Assembly: GCA_934754475.1 (NCBI GenBank)
Contig: CAKVHV010000001.1
Coordinates: 251,670 to 315,669, forward strand
Direction of reading: 5' to 3'
Length of the DNA stretch: 64,000 bases
Source: an uncultured Clostridia bacterium
GTDB lineage: Bacteria > Bacillota > Clostridia > Christensenellales > UBA1242
Every line of letters starts with the position of its first letter. Positions within the stretch are counted from its first letter, which is position 1. The notes under the pieces are model-generated. The model was given only the letters and a program-made list of their open reading frames with translations, did not search any database and had not been told where the DNA came from. Below are positions 9,370 to 20,684 of the stretch, one piece after another. The position numbers and the translations under genes are program-made.

Positions 9370-11160
9370 ATGGAGAATTTAGAGACTGAAACTAAGAAAC
9401 CTAGAATGTTAATTCTGCTAAGAAATTCGACCAAGAAACAGGCTGAAAAGATTGTAAAGGAAGATGGTAGAATCGAATATGATATTCCATTACAAAGAAG
9501 CATTTTGAGACCTTGGGGCGAACGATTAGGATATGAGGTTCTAAAAGAAGAACTTGTCGAAGGTGGTGTATCAGGTTATAAAATCTCAGCCGAAAATAGA
9601 GATGAGATTGTAAGACTAAAAGCAATGGCTGATAGACACGAGTTCGAAGCTTTGGGAATCTATATGTCAGATAGACTAGGAAGAATTGCAGATGAAACAC
9701 CATTGATAGTATCGTTCCTAAATGCTAGGGGCATAAAAGTATTATCATACACAGAAGGCGAGATATCATCAAAAACACATAACGATAAATTGATGACATA
9801 CCTTAGATATTGGCAAGCAGAAGGCGAAAGCCTTAAAACATCAATAAGAATTAAAGATGCTAACGAAAAGTGCGTAGAGCAAGGAAAATGGAGAGGTGGA
9901 ACACCACCATATGGTTATAGGTCAGTAAGTAATGGAACATTAAACTTCAAAGGCAGACCGATATTCGATGTTGAAATAGATCCAGAGACTTCGCAAGTAG
10001 TTAAAAGAATATTCCAACTATACCTTGATCATTACAGCACGAAGTCAATAGCAAGAATTCTAAATGATGAAAATATCCCAACTAGAAGAGGCACTTTGTG
10101 GGCAAACAACACAGTTTCAAAAATACTTAACAATAAGTTATATACAGGCATTTATGAACTTGGTAAAGCAAGTGGAACAGTAAGAGTGATATCGCCAGTA
10201 ATGGAAAATTTAAAGTTTATTGAAGATGACACCTTTAACCAAGTTCAAGCTATGCTTAAAGAAAACAAACTAATAAAAGACGGAAAGAGACCTACGGTAA
10301 GAGGTTCATTATTACTAACAGGTTTGCTATATTGCGAATGTGGACTAAAATGCACAGGACACACCCAAGTGTATAAAACGACAAGAGTAGATGGTTCAGA
10401 ATATATCCACGAGTCCAGGTTCTATCGCTGTGGCGCACATAGATTGCCTAAAAAAGGACAATGCAATAAAAAACCATTCAATGCTGATAAACTAGAAAAG
10501 ATTGTCATAGATGATGCTAAGAAATTCTTACTAGAAACTGACATTGATAAACTAATTGAAAATCAAGAAGATAAAATCAAAACACAAGAAAAAGCACTGA
10601 TAGAACAAGGCAAAAAGATTGCACGAGACATGACACAAAAAGAAAAAGAAGTGTCAAAACTAAAAGAAGAAGTCTATAAGGTGCTTATAGGACAAAGCCA
10701 ATTCTCAGAGAAATTATTAAACGAAATTATAGAGACAAAGGAAAAGGAACTAGTTGACCTAAAAGAAAGACATAGTGAAACGGAATCAAGAATACAAGAC
10801 CTTAAGGTGGTACTAGAACAACAGAGAGTGATAAGTGGAGACTTGAAAGACTGGGGAAAGAGATTTGACTTGCAAGATATGAAAGAGAAAAAGGCTATGT
10901 TAATAGATTTAATCAATAAAATAACCATATACGATGAAAAAATTGAAGTACGATATAACATAAAGTTTGACAATTTTGAAAAAAATCATTATACTACTAC
11001 AGATGAATATTTGCATGGAGATAACTTGTCCGTGGAGTTATGTCCAACGAATATACAACAAGGCGTTTCTTTATGCCTACCATTTGCACAAAGGGTAACG
11101 CAAGCGAAGATGTTGGAATGGCGGATAGTAATGCTTTGCTTCTTGCAATTTCGGCACTGA
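9370..11160 (+). CDS. large serine recombinase (prophage integrase)
   Basis: N-terminal resolvase-type motif (LILLRNSTKKQ, equivalent to YxRVSTxxQ). Recombinase-domain pattern GKWRGGTPPYGYR, Cys cluster CECGLKC...CGAH...C, long C-terminal coiled coil. Start chosen at the ATG with the AAGGAG RBS. The ORF finds no stop until it is inside rarA-derived DNA. Confidence 0.85.
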   Translation: MENLETETKKPRMLILLRNSTKKQAEKIVKEDGRIEYDIPLQRSILRPWGERLGYEVLKEELVEGGVSGYKISAENRDEIVRLKAMADRHEFEALGIYMSDRLGRIADETPLIVSFLNARGIKVLSYTEGEISSKTHNDKLMTYLRYWQAEGESLKTSIRIKDANEKCVEQGKWRGGTPPYGYRSVSNGTLNFKGRPIFDVEIDPETSQVVKRIFQLYLDHYSTKSIARILNDENIPTRRGTLWANNTVSKILNNKLYTGIYELGKASGTVRVISPVMENLKFIEDDTFNQVQAMLKENKLIKDGKRPTVRGSLLLTGLLYCECGLKCTGHTQVYKTTRVDGSEYIHESRFYRCGAHRLPKKGQCNKKPFNADKLEKIVIDDAKKFLLETDIDKLIENQEDKIKTQEKALIEQGKKIARDMTQKEKEVSKLKEEVYKVLIGQSQFSEKLLNEIIETKEKELVDLKERHSETESRIQDLKVVLEQQRVISGDLKDWGKRFDLQDMKEKKAMLIDLINKITIYDEKIEVRYNIKFDNFEKNHYTTTDEYLHGDNLSVELCPTNIQQGVSLCLPFAQRVTQAKMLEWRIVMLCFLQFRH

Positions 11161-11498
11161 CATCTTGTGAAAAACTCGGGCTTCCGGAATGTAATTTGAC
11201 TTTGTGTCATGCAATTATTTATATTTGTGAAGCCGAAAAGAGTAATTCGGTTTGTGTGGCTATGAATAATGCCAAGACGGATGCTGAGATGTATAAAAAT
11301 GCAGTTGTGCCAAATCATCTTAAAAATCATCCAACCGGTTATAATGACGGTCATGGAATGTATAAATATCCACATGATTTTGGTGGATATGTCAAACAAC
11401 AGTATTTGCCGGATGTTATTAAGGACAAAAGATATTATTTTCCAAAGGATAATGGAAGAGAAAAGGGACTTGTTAGAAAGAAAGATAAATTTAAGTAA
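11100..11498 (+). pseudogene. rarA: 3' fragment of rarA/mgsA (replication-associated recombination protein A), separated from its 5' part by the prophage
   Basis: The translation ASEDVGMADSNALLLA...LAIIYICEAEKSNSV...VPNHLKN...YKYPHDFGGYVKQQYLPD...RYYFP matches the conserved C-terminal third of RarA. There is no AAA+ N-terminal part upstream, only phage DNA. Confidence 0.8.
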
Positions 11499-11544
11499 AA
11501 TTGATTTTCAGACTTTGAAGTTTTTAATTTATGCGACAAAAAAT

Positions 11545-11580
11545 GTCATACAAACATAATTTTGTATGGCGTTTTAATTT
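11545..11580 (+). terminator. rho-independent terminator after the rarA fragment
   Basis: 10-bp stem GTCATACAAA/TTTGTATGGC followed by GTTTTAATTT. Confidence 0.5.
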
Positions 11581-11634
11581 ACAATTTGGATTTTATATAG
11601 TATTATCTTACAAATACTAATTAGGAGTAAATTT

Positions 11635-12300
11635 ATGGAAAAAGCAAGAAAAATTTTGTCAATATTGACTATTGTATTTACAGGGGTACTATCTCTTCTT
11701 TTGATTATGTGGCTTTTTGGACTTGATATTCTTGGTGCAAACAAACTCAAAATTTATATGACTTTGGGTTCGCTTGCTGTTGGGGGATTCTTTGCAATTA
11801 ATAGTTTGAATATGACTATCAAAAACAAACCTTTGGGTTGGGTTTCATTTGGACTAATAACAGGAGCGGTGTTCCTTATAATTTTGACATTTTGGCTAAA
11901 TATACAAAATGATATTGTTAGAAATATTACTATTACACTTGGACTTGTATCAGTACTATTTAATATAATTGTCTCGTCCGGACTAGACCTTGGAAAAACA
12001 CAACTAGCAATTCAAATTATAGTGTATATTGTAGTTGGTGCTTTGGATGTATTTGCAACACTTCTTATATTCGGTGCTTTGGATATAGCAAAAACTTGGA
12101 CTTGGCTTGTAACTCTTATAATTCTTTCTATCGTTGGAATTATTGTTCTCAAAGTCCTTGCCAAGAAAAAGATTGCAAACAATCTTATCGAAGACGATAG
12201 TGTAGTCAAGGTTTCAAAACAAGAATATCTAAAACTTGTTGAAAAGGCTAAATTATATGACCAAATGATTGCAAATCAAAATAATAATCAAAATAACTAA
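11635..12300 (+). CDS. polytopic membrane protein, unknown function
   Basis: 221 aa with 5-6 hydrophobic segments and an N/Q-rich C-terminal tail. AGGAG RBS. Confidence 0.5.
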   Translation: MEKARKILSILTIVFTGVLSLLLIMWLFGLDILGANKLKIYMTLGSLAVGGFFAINSLNMTIKNKPLGWVSFGLITGAVFLIILTFWLNIQNDIVRNITITLGLVSVLFNIIVSSGLDLGKTQLAIQIIVYIVVGALDVFATLLIFGALDIAKTWTWLVTLIILSIVGIIVLKVLAKKKIANNLIEDDSVVKVSKQEYLKLVEKAKLYDQMIANQNNNQNN

Positions 12301-12335
12301 AATGGTTAAAAAAATAAGTTGAGAATTAACTCAAC

Positions 12336-12896
12336 TTATTTTTTGTTTTCATCTTCTAAAATTTCCAAGATTTTATCAATTGTCTTGTCTATTTCAATAT
12401 TTTCAATTATATAATCAAAGTACTTTGCATTTTCAATATATTTATCATAATCTCTAAGTCTTGCTTCCATGCTTTCCGCTGGCTCATTTCGACTAATAAA
12501 TCTTTTTCTAATTTCTTCTTTTGGTGCTGTCAAAAATACACTAGTAACTTTGTCGCCATACAAATTCTTAATTGCGTTTAGTCCGTTTACGTCACAATCT
12601 CTTAGTGCCACTCTGCCGGAATTTAAAATTTCATCAAAACTAGATTTTCTCATTCCACGATAAGTTCCATGTCTTATGGTGTGTTCAAAGATTTCGCCCG
12701 ATTCTCTGCGTTTTTTAAATTCGTCTTCGGTCAAAAACAAATAGGGGTTGTTTTGACTTTCGTTTTCACGCATTGGACGTGTTGTAGCATTAATTGGTCG
12801 TCCAAATTTGTCGGGGTATCTATTTATTAACTCTGTAATTATTGTATCCTTTCCAACTCCGCTAGGACCTTCGATAATTATGATTTGCTTTTGCAT
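12336..12896 (-). CDS. gmk: guanylate kinase
   Basis: P-loop GPSGVGKDT, then TTRPMRENE...YLF and YRGM motifs typical of Gmk. Confidence 0.8.
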   Translation of the reverse strand: MQKQIIIIEGPSGVGKDTIITELINRYPDKFGRPINATTRPMRENESQNNPYLFLTEDEFKKRRESGEIFEHTIRHGTYRGMRKSSFDEILNSGRVALRDCDVNGLNAIKNLYGDKVTSVFLTAPKEEIRKRFISRNEPAESMEARLRDYDKYIENAKYFDYIIENIEIDKTIDKILEILEDENKK

Positions 12897-12904
12897 ATAT
12901 TCTC

Positions 12905-13777
12905 CTAAATTGTTGGCTTAAATCCGCTAAAAATAATATTATCTGCATGTGGTGCAACTTCTAAGTATTTGCTTTGGCTCGAAACATTGTCGCCAATAAT
13001 TCCAACCGGTTTAAACTTGCTTACACATCTAGTAGGCAACATATCTGCTGAGTAGCAAATAAAGTCAGCATGAGTGATTTTGTAATATTTGAGCTTTCTT
13101 AATTTCTTTGTAGGAATAGACCCAAACATTTTGTTTGTAAAGTTTCCAGATTTAAGTATTCTTGTGATATATGGATTGATTTGATAACAATATTGTAGAG
13201 TATAAGGATTAATACTCATAATTGCCACTTGGCTATAGCAATCAAATTTGGTTATGTATTTTTGAATAGAACTGAGTACTTTGTCTTCAAACTTTCCAAT
13301 CATTCCGTCATTATCTAATTCAATAATTATTGGGGTTTTATTTGCAATATATTCAAGTGCTTCATCAAGTGTAGGGACTTTTTCGTGTTCATCATTTAAA
13401 TCTAATTCTTTGAGTTCCTTGAGAGATAATTTGTTTAAATATCCGCTAGTTGTAGAAAGAACCTTAGATAAATTTTTGTGCGAAAAACAAACGACGCTAT
13501 CGTCATCAAGCATTTGAACTGGGATGCAAATTGCATATCCGTCTTTGATTGCTTGTTTGTAAGAAGATAGTGTGTTTGGAAAGTTCTCCAAAGATACTTG
13601 TCCGCTCTTTGAAATATATTTGTCAACAATCCAATAATTATTTGTAATCTCAAAATAATTTGGTTGTAATTTTAGTCTGTCTATTTGTTTGGAATTTATA
13701 AATTTGTCAATATTATTTTTATATTTTTCAAAAGATAATTCGGGATTATCTTCAATTTCGATTAAATTTTTTTTCAT
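12905..13777 (-). CDS. glycerophosphodiester phosphodiesterase (GDPD)-like protein with divergent catalytic positions
   Basis: GDPD-like layout (ENFPNTLSSYKQAIKDGY..., VPTLDEALEYI, IIIELD). The usual HRG, E-x-D and HD positions read SKSG, CIPVQ and FSH. Start taken at the ATG at 13777 with an AAAGG RBS. Confidence 0.45.
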   Translation of the reverse strand: MKKNLIEIEDNPELSFEKYKNNIDKFINSKQIDRLKLQPNYFEITNNYWIVDKYISKSGQVSLENFPNTLSSYKQAIKDGYAICIPVQMLDDDSVVCFSHKNLSKVLSTTSGYLNKLSLKELKELDLNDEHEKVPTLDEALEYIANKTPIIIELDNDGMIGKFEDKVLSSIQKYITKFDCYSQVAIMSINPYTLQYCYQINPYITRILKSGNFTNKMFGSIPTKKLRKLKYYKITHADFICYSADMLPTRCVSKFKPVGIIGDNVSSQSKYLEVAPHADNIIFSGFKPTI

Positions 13778-14098
13778 ATCAAATACCTTTGTACTTTTGC
13801 AAAATTGCAAAGGTTTAATTATTTTTTAGTTAAAGGAAAGCGACTTTTAAAAATTATATGTTAGATTTCAAAATTTTATGAAAAGTCTGTTTAGTACAAA
13901 AAACCGCCATTTGACGACGATTTTTTGTCAAATCAGCAATTTTTTTATAACTCTTTTGATTATTTTATCAAAAAAACTAAATTTTATAAAGTAATTTTGG
14001 CTGTTTTTTTAAATTTTTTTTAATTTAAACAAATTTATTGCCTAAGTCAATTAATTAATATATAATTGTAGAGTAATTTTATATACCTTAGGAGAAAT

Positions 14099-15895
14099 AT
14101 GTCAAGACAAGATAAAATTCGTAATTTTTGTATAGTTGCTCACATAGACCATGGCAAAAGCACTCTTGCAGATAGACTTTTGGAAGAAACAGGAACTGTT
14201 GCCAAAAGAGACTTAACTGAGCAAGTTTTGGATAGTATGGATATTGAAAAGGAAAGGGGTATAACTATTAAACTTACACCTACCACCATGAAATATAACC
14301 ATAACGGAGAAGAATATACTCTTAATCTTATTGATACCCCCGGACATGTCGACTTTACTTATGAAGTTTCTAGGTCGCTAGCGGCTTGTGAAGGAGCAAT
14401 CCTTATTGTAGATGCTTCTCAAGGTGTCGAAGCCCAAACTCTTGCAAATGTGTATTTGGCTCTCGATAACGATTTGGAAATTCTTCCTGTTATCAACAAA
14501 ATCGACTTGCCAAGTGCCGATATAGACAAGACAAAAAAGGAAATTGAAGACGTAATTGGACTTCCTGCTGACGATGTTCCTTGTGTTAGCGCTAAGTGCG
14601 GAACAAATATATCCGACGTGTTAGAAATGATAGTTAAATCCGTTCCTAGTCCAAAAGGCGACGAAACAAAGCCACTTTCTGCTCTTATATTTGATAGTTA
14701 TTACGATAACTTTAAGGGTGCAGTGTGCTTGGTTAGAATAGTTGATGGCTCTGTTAGAAAAAATACCAAAATCAAGTTCTTTACAACTGGCAAAGAGTTT
14801 GATGTAACCGAAGTTGGAATATTTACTCCAAAGCCTACCGAAACCAAAGAACTGCTTGCGGGAGATGTTGGATATATTTGTGCTAGTATCAAAAACGTCT
14901 GTGAGACCAAAGTTGGAGATACAATAACCGATGCGCTTAATCCTTGTGCTACACCGTTGCCGGGTTATAAGGAAGTCAAACCGGTTGTATTTAGCGGAAT
15001 TTTCTGTGTGGAAGGGGATAAGTATAACGATTTGAAGGATGCTCTTGAAAAACTCAAACTCAACGATGCATCTTTGGAATATGTTCCCGAAGTATCCCAA
15101 GCCCTTGGATTTGGCTTTAGATGTGGATTTTTGGGACTATTGCATATGGAGATTATCCAAGAAAGGTTAGAAAGAGAATTTGACTTGGATTTAATTACAA
15201 CCGCTCCAACTGTTAACTACCGAATAACCAAAACTAATGGCGAAGTCTTGGATATTTCCAATCCAGCGGATATGCCAGAGACTCAGAGTATTGCCAAAAT
15301 GGAAGAACCTATGGTCAAAGTTAATATATTTACTCCGCCAGATTATGTGGGCGAACTTATGAAACTTTGTCAAGAAAAACGTGGGACTCATCTTGATTTG
15401 CAATATATTGATACTAGTAGATGTCAACTTATCTACAAAATGCCTTTGAATGAAATTATCTTTGACTTCTTTGACGAATTAAAATCTAGGTCAAGGGGAT
15501 ATGCAAGTCTTGATTACGAAATCATTGGCTACGAAGAAAGCAGTCTTGTCAAACTAGATATTTTGCTTAATGGCGAAGTTTGCGATGCACTTAGCCTTAT
15601 TGTTCACAAAGATAAGGCTTATGAACGTGGCAGAGCAATTGCCGAAAAACTCAAAGACGTTATTCCAAGACAATTATTCGAAGTTCCAATCCAGGCGGCT
15701 ATCGGAAACAAGGTTATTGCAAGAGAAACAATCAAGGCACTACGAAAAGACGTTCTTGCAAAATGTTATGGCGGAGATATAACCCGAAAAAGAAAATTGC
15801 TTGAAAAACAAAAGAAAGGAAAAAAGAGAATGAGGAAAATAGGCTCAGTTGAAATTCCAAGTGAAGCATTTATCTCTATTCTCAAAATTGATTAA
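14099..15895 (+). CDS. lepA: elongation factor 4
   Basis: [24 protein letters not shown]1 motif, [13 protein letters not shown]; full-length LepA-like C-terminus. Confidence 0.95.
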   Translation: MSRQDKIRNFCIVAHIDHGKSTLADRLLEETGTVAKRDLTEQVLDSMDIEKERGITIKLTPTTMKYNHNGEEYTLNLIDTPGHVDFTYEVSRSLAACEGAILIVDASQGVEAQTLANVYLALDNDLEILPVINKIDLPSADIDKTKKEIEDVIGLPADDVPCVSAKCGTNISDVLEMIVKSVPSPKGDETKPLSALIFDSYYDNFKGAVCLVRIVDGSVRKNTKIKFFTTGKEFDVTEVGIFTPKPTETKELLAGDVGYICASIKNVCETKVGDTITDALNPCATPLPGYKEVKPVVFSGIFCVEGDKYNDLKDALEKLKLNDASLEYVPEVSQALGFGFRCGFLGLLHMEIIQERLEREFDLDLITTAPTVNYRITKTNGEVLDISNPADMPETQSIAKMEEPMVKVNIFTPPDYVGELMKLCQEKRGTHLDLQYIDTSRCQLIYKMPLNEIIFDFFDELKSRSRGYASLDYEIIGYEESSLVKLDILLNGEVCDALSLIVHKDKAYERGRAIAEKLKDVIPRQLFEVPIQAAIGNKVIARETIKALRKDVLAKCYGGDITRKRKLLEKQKKGKKRMRKIGSVEIPSEAFISILKID

Positions 15896-15896
15896 T

Positions 15897-17024
15897 ATGA
15901 AAAGTGTCGGAATTTATATTCATTTTCCATTTTGTGCTAGCAAATGTAATTATTGCAACTTCAATTCATATAGTGACAAAAACGATTTGCAAAAATCTTA
16001 TTTGCAAGCATTACTCAAAGAAATCAGTCTTTACAAAGACTCAAAACTCATTGTAGATAGTGTGTTTATCGGTGGCGGAACTCCATCGTTTATGTTTGAC
16101 GGATGTATTTCGACTCTAATGTCCGAATTACGAAAGTCTTTTGCAATTGACTCGGATGCCGAAGTTACTATTGAATGTAATCCAAATTCGGTTACTTTGC
16201 AAAAAGCTAGAGAATGGAAAGAAGCGGGAATTAATAGGGTTAGTATTGGCTTGCAAACTTCAAATGATAATTTGCTTAAGTTAATTGGAAGAGCCCATAC
16301 GAAAAAAGATTATATTAATGCCGTAGGGATAATTAGAGATGCTGGAATTAATAATATCAACACAGATTGCCTTATAGGGCTTCCACGTCAAAAATTGACC
16401 GACGTCAAACATACTCTAAGTTTGGTCACCAAACTTAATTGTACTCATATTAGTGTATATTCTTTAATAGTTGAAAAAGAAACCAAAATAAGTGCTATGC
16501 TAGAAAAAGGCGAGTTAAAACTCCCAAAGGAAGAAAAATCTTTGAGTATGTATGAGTTTGCTTGTAAGTACTTGAAAGAAAATGGCTACATTAAATACGA
16601 AGTTAGCAATTTTGCCAAACGTGGATTTGAGTGTATTCATAATTTGCATACCTGGCAGATGTGTGAGTACTTGGGTTTTGGTGCGGGTGCGCATGGATAC
16701 TATAATAATATTAGATATTCTAATTATAGAGATATTGAATCTTATATAAATACGTCGTCAAACAAATCTTTTGTAGAACAAAAAGAAAAACTAACTCTAA
16801 CCCAAAAATTTGAAGAAACTATTATGCTTGGACTTAGAACAAAGTTTGGAATTGATTTGGACGAAATCAAAAAGAACTTCAAAATAGACCTTTTAAAAAC
16901 CAAACAAAATACAATAAATAATCTTATGACAAATGGATTTTTGAGCCTAGTTTACAACAAATTAATTCCTACCGAACTAGGTTTTACAGTGCTAAATAAG
17001 ATTATACTTGAATTAGTTTCTTGA
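15897..17024 (+). CDS. hemW: radical SAM heme chaperone HemW (HemN-like)
   Basis: GIYIHFPFCASKCNYCNF CxxxCxxC motif and GGGTPS; conserved lepA-hemW order. TGA stop. Confidence 0.9.
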   Translation: MKSVGIYIHFPFCASKCNYCNFNSYSDKNDLQKSYLQALLKEISLYKDSKLIVDSVFIGGGTPSFMFDGCISTLMSELRKSFAIDSDAEVTIECNPNSVTLQKAREWKEAGINRVSIGLQTSNDNLLKLIGRAHTKKDYINAVGIIRDAGINNINTDCLIGLPRQKLTDVKHTLSLVTKLNCTHISVYSLIVEKETKISAMLEKGELKLPKEEKSLSMYEFACKYLKENGYIKYEVSNFAKRGFECIHNLHTWQMCEYLGFGAGAHGYYNNIRYSNYRDIESYINTSSNKSFVEQKEKLTLTQKFEETIMLGLRTKFGIDLDEIKKNFKIDLLKTKQNTINNLMTNGFLSLVYNKLIPTELGFTVLNKIILELVS

Positions 17025-17091
17025 AAATAAAAACTATTTTGATTAATAAATACTTTGAAATAATAGGGAACTTACAAAATAACAAATCACA

Positions 17092-17123
17092 ACACATTGA
17101 AATATTTCGATGTGTTTTTTTTT
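17092..17123 (+). terminator. rho-independent terminator after hemW
   Basis: Inverted repeat ACACATTGAAAT/ATTTCGATGTGT followed by a T9-10 run. Confidence 0.65.
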
Positions 17124-17164
17124 AAAAAATTTACAAAAATTTTCAAAAAGTTGTCATAAAACAC

Positions 17165-17193
17165 TTGACACTAGCATATAATTAAACTAGAAT
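17165..17193 (+). promoter_or_regulatory. sigma-A type promoter of the hrcA operon
   Basis: TTGACA, 17 nt spacer, TAGAAT. Confidence 0.6.
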
Positions 17194-17197
17194 AGTG

Positions 17198-17224
17198 TTA
17201 GCAATCTAAGGAATAGAGTGCTAA
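17198..17224 (+). promoter_or_regulatory. CIRCE operator (HrcA binding site)
   Basis: TTAGCAATC-N9-GAGTGCTAA versus consensus TTAGCACTC-N9-GAGTGCTAA. Lies between the promoter and hrcA. Confidence 0.85.
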
Positions 17225-17259
17225 CAATTAAAAAATTTAATTGCTAACGGGAGATGTGT

Positions 17260-18303
17260 ATGTCTGATAATTACAATTTGAGTGACAGAAAGAGAGAAAT
17301 CTTACTTAATTCTGTCGGTAATTACATAGATAATGCAATGCCGATAACATCGGGGAGTGTTCAGAGCAATGCTTTCAATACTTTGAGTTCGGCGACACTT
17401 CGAAACGAACTTAATGCGTTGGAAGAGATGGGGTATCTCAAACAACTTCATACATCTGGCGGAAGAATTCCAACTTCCAAAGGATACAAGTACTATGTAG
17501 ATAGCCTTCTTAAATCTCGAAAATTTGATTCAAAAGTTGTTGATGACATCAAAAATAAATTTGTTAAACGAAGCAATTTTATATTGGATGTTGTTGATGG
17601 ACTTGCAAAAAACGTCAGTGACGTTCTCAAACTTCCAACATTTATTGAAATGCAAAATGCCGATTCGCTTTGTGTCAAAGGTATTAATATAATTCCGCTT
17701 ATAACCGGTCAAGCACTAATACTTGTTCAGACTGATGCGGGAATTATTAATAATACAATTAATCTTCCAGACAAGATTTCCGAAGAGAATTGCAAGGATG
17801 CAAGCAAGTTTTTGACTACTAACTTATTTAATAAGCCTATTTGTGATATTATCTCAAATTTTGATTATTACAATAAGTTATTCAAAAATCAAATTAAGTA
17901 CTTCCAAGAATTCTTCGAATTTATAACCGATACTCTCAAGACTTATTCATCGCATAGTTTTAAGACACATTCAAACATGTCTAACTTGCTTGAAAATCCT
18001 GAGTGCAAAGATATTGGTTCTGCCAAAAAGTTTATGAATTTGGTCGAAAACGAAGAACAAATCTCCAAACTTATCAAAAACATTGATGATACATCCAATA
18101 ATGAAATTACTTACTCAATCGGTGACGATAATAGTGATGAATTTAGCGATTATAGTATTATCAAAGCAAATTATAGTTTGAAAAATGGTGTTGTTGCATC
18201 AGTTGGTGTAGTCGGACCACAACGACTAGATTATTACAGAATTGCATCGGCACTTAAATATATTACCGAAGAAATTAACCAAATAGAAAAAGACTTGAAA
18301 TAA
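17260..18303 (+). CDS. hrcA: heat-inducible transcription repressor HrcA
   Basis: LRNELNALEEMGYLKQLHTSGGRIPTSKGYKYYVD winged-helix region; operon position. GGGAG RBS 6 nt before the ATG at 17260. Confidence 0.9.
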   Translation: MSDNYNLSDRKREILLNSVGNYIDNAMPITSGSVQSNAFNTLSSATLRNELNALEEMGYLKQLHTSGGRIPTSKGYKYYVDSLLKSRKFDSKVVDDIKNKFVKRSNFILDVVDGLAKNVSDVLKLPTFIEMQNADSLCVKGINIIPLITGQALILVQTDAGIINNTINLPDKISEENCKDASKFLTTNLFNKPICDIISNFDYYNKLFKNQIKYFQEFFEFITDTLKTYSSHSFKTHSNMSNLLENPECKDIGSAKKFMNLVENEEQISKLIKNIDDTSNNEITYSIGDDNSDEFSDYSIIKANYSLKNGVVASVGVVGPQRLDYYRIASALKYITEEINQIEKDLK

Positions 18304-18313
18304 AGGAGATATA

Positions 18314-18823
18314 ATGTCAGAAAAGAAAAAAGACGGAAAGCAAACTTGTGAGAAACATTGTGCTTGTCATGAATTTCCAAATCATCATGAGCATACTCAG
18401 AGTAAAGAGCAAGAGTACTTAGAACTAGCACAACGTCTCAAAGCGGAATTTGAAAATTACAAAAAGCGAAATGCCGAAGTAGTTACTCAAAGTTTTGATA
18501 ACGGAGTTAGTCATACAGTTGCAAAATTGCTTCCAGCAATAGATAGTTTCAAACAAGCCAAAAGCAGTATAACAGATGAAAATACACTCAAAGGTCTTGA
18601 TTTGGTTCTCAATCAAATACTTGGTGCCTTTGAAGAATTGGGGGTTACAAAAATCAAAGCCGAAGGCGAAATGTTCGACCCAAACTTCCATAATGCAGTG
18701 CTTACGGGAAGTGAACCAGATAAGCCAGACTGCATCATCCTTCAAGAATTTCAAGAAGGATTTATACTTAAAAATGAAAGAGTTATTAGACATAGCGTAG
18801 TAAAAATAAATAAATTAAGTTAA
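18314..18823 (+). CDS. grpE: nucleotide exchange factor GrpE
   Basis: EFENYKKR, LLPAIDSF and FDPNFHNAV motifs; operon position. Confidence 0.9.
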   Translation: MSEKKKDGKQTCEKHCACHEFPNHHEHTQSKEQEYLELAQRLKAEFENYKKRNAEVVTQSFDNGVSHTVAKLLPAIDSFKQAKSSITDENTLKGLDLVLNQILGAFEELGVTKIKAEGEMFDPNFHNAVLTGSEPDKPDCIILQEFQEGFILKNERVIRHSVVKINKLS

Positions 18824-18835
18824 AGGAGAATTTAA

Positions 18836-20665
<1,830 letters not shown>

Positions 20666-20684
20666 TTAAAAAAGGCAAAAACAA

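Larger units (their letters stand above)
1..11099 (+). mobile_element. prophage, right arm (tail, lysis-like and integration modules); left end outside the window
   Basis: Contiguous co-oriented phage late genes ending in a serine recombinase that abuts a truncated host gene (rarA). The right junction is only approximately placed, between ~10990 and ~11099. Confidence 0.8.

Noticed and set aside
11269-11559. 96-aa ORF overlapping the rarA fragment in another frame
   Set aside because: The rarA frame carries clear family motifs. This frame has none and starts internally.
14621-15100. 159-aa antisense ORF within lepA (also 14701..14910, 15191..15427, 15570..15782)
   Set aside because: It lies opposite or out of frame to a highly conserved gene. 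Typical shadow ORFs.
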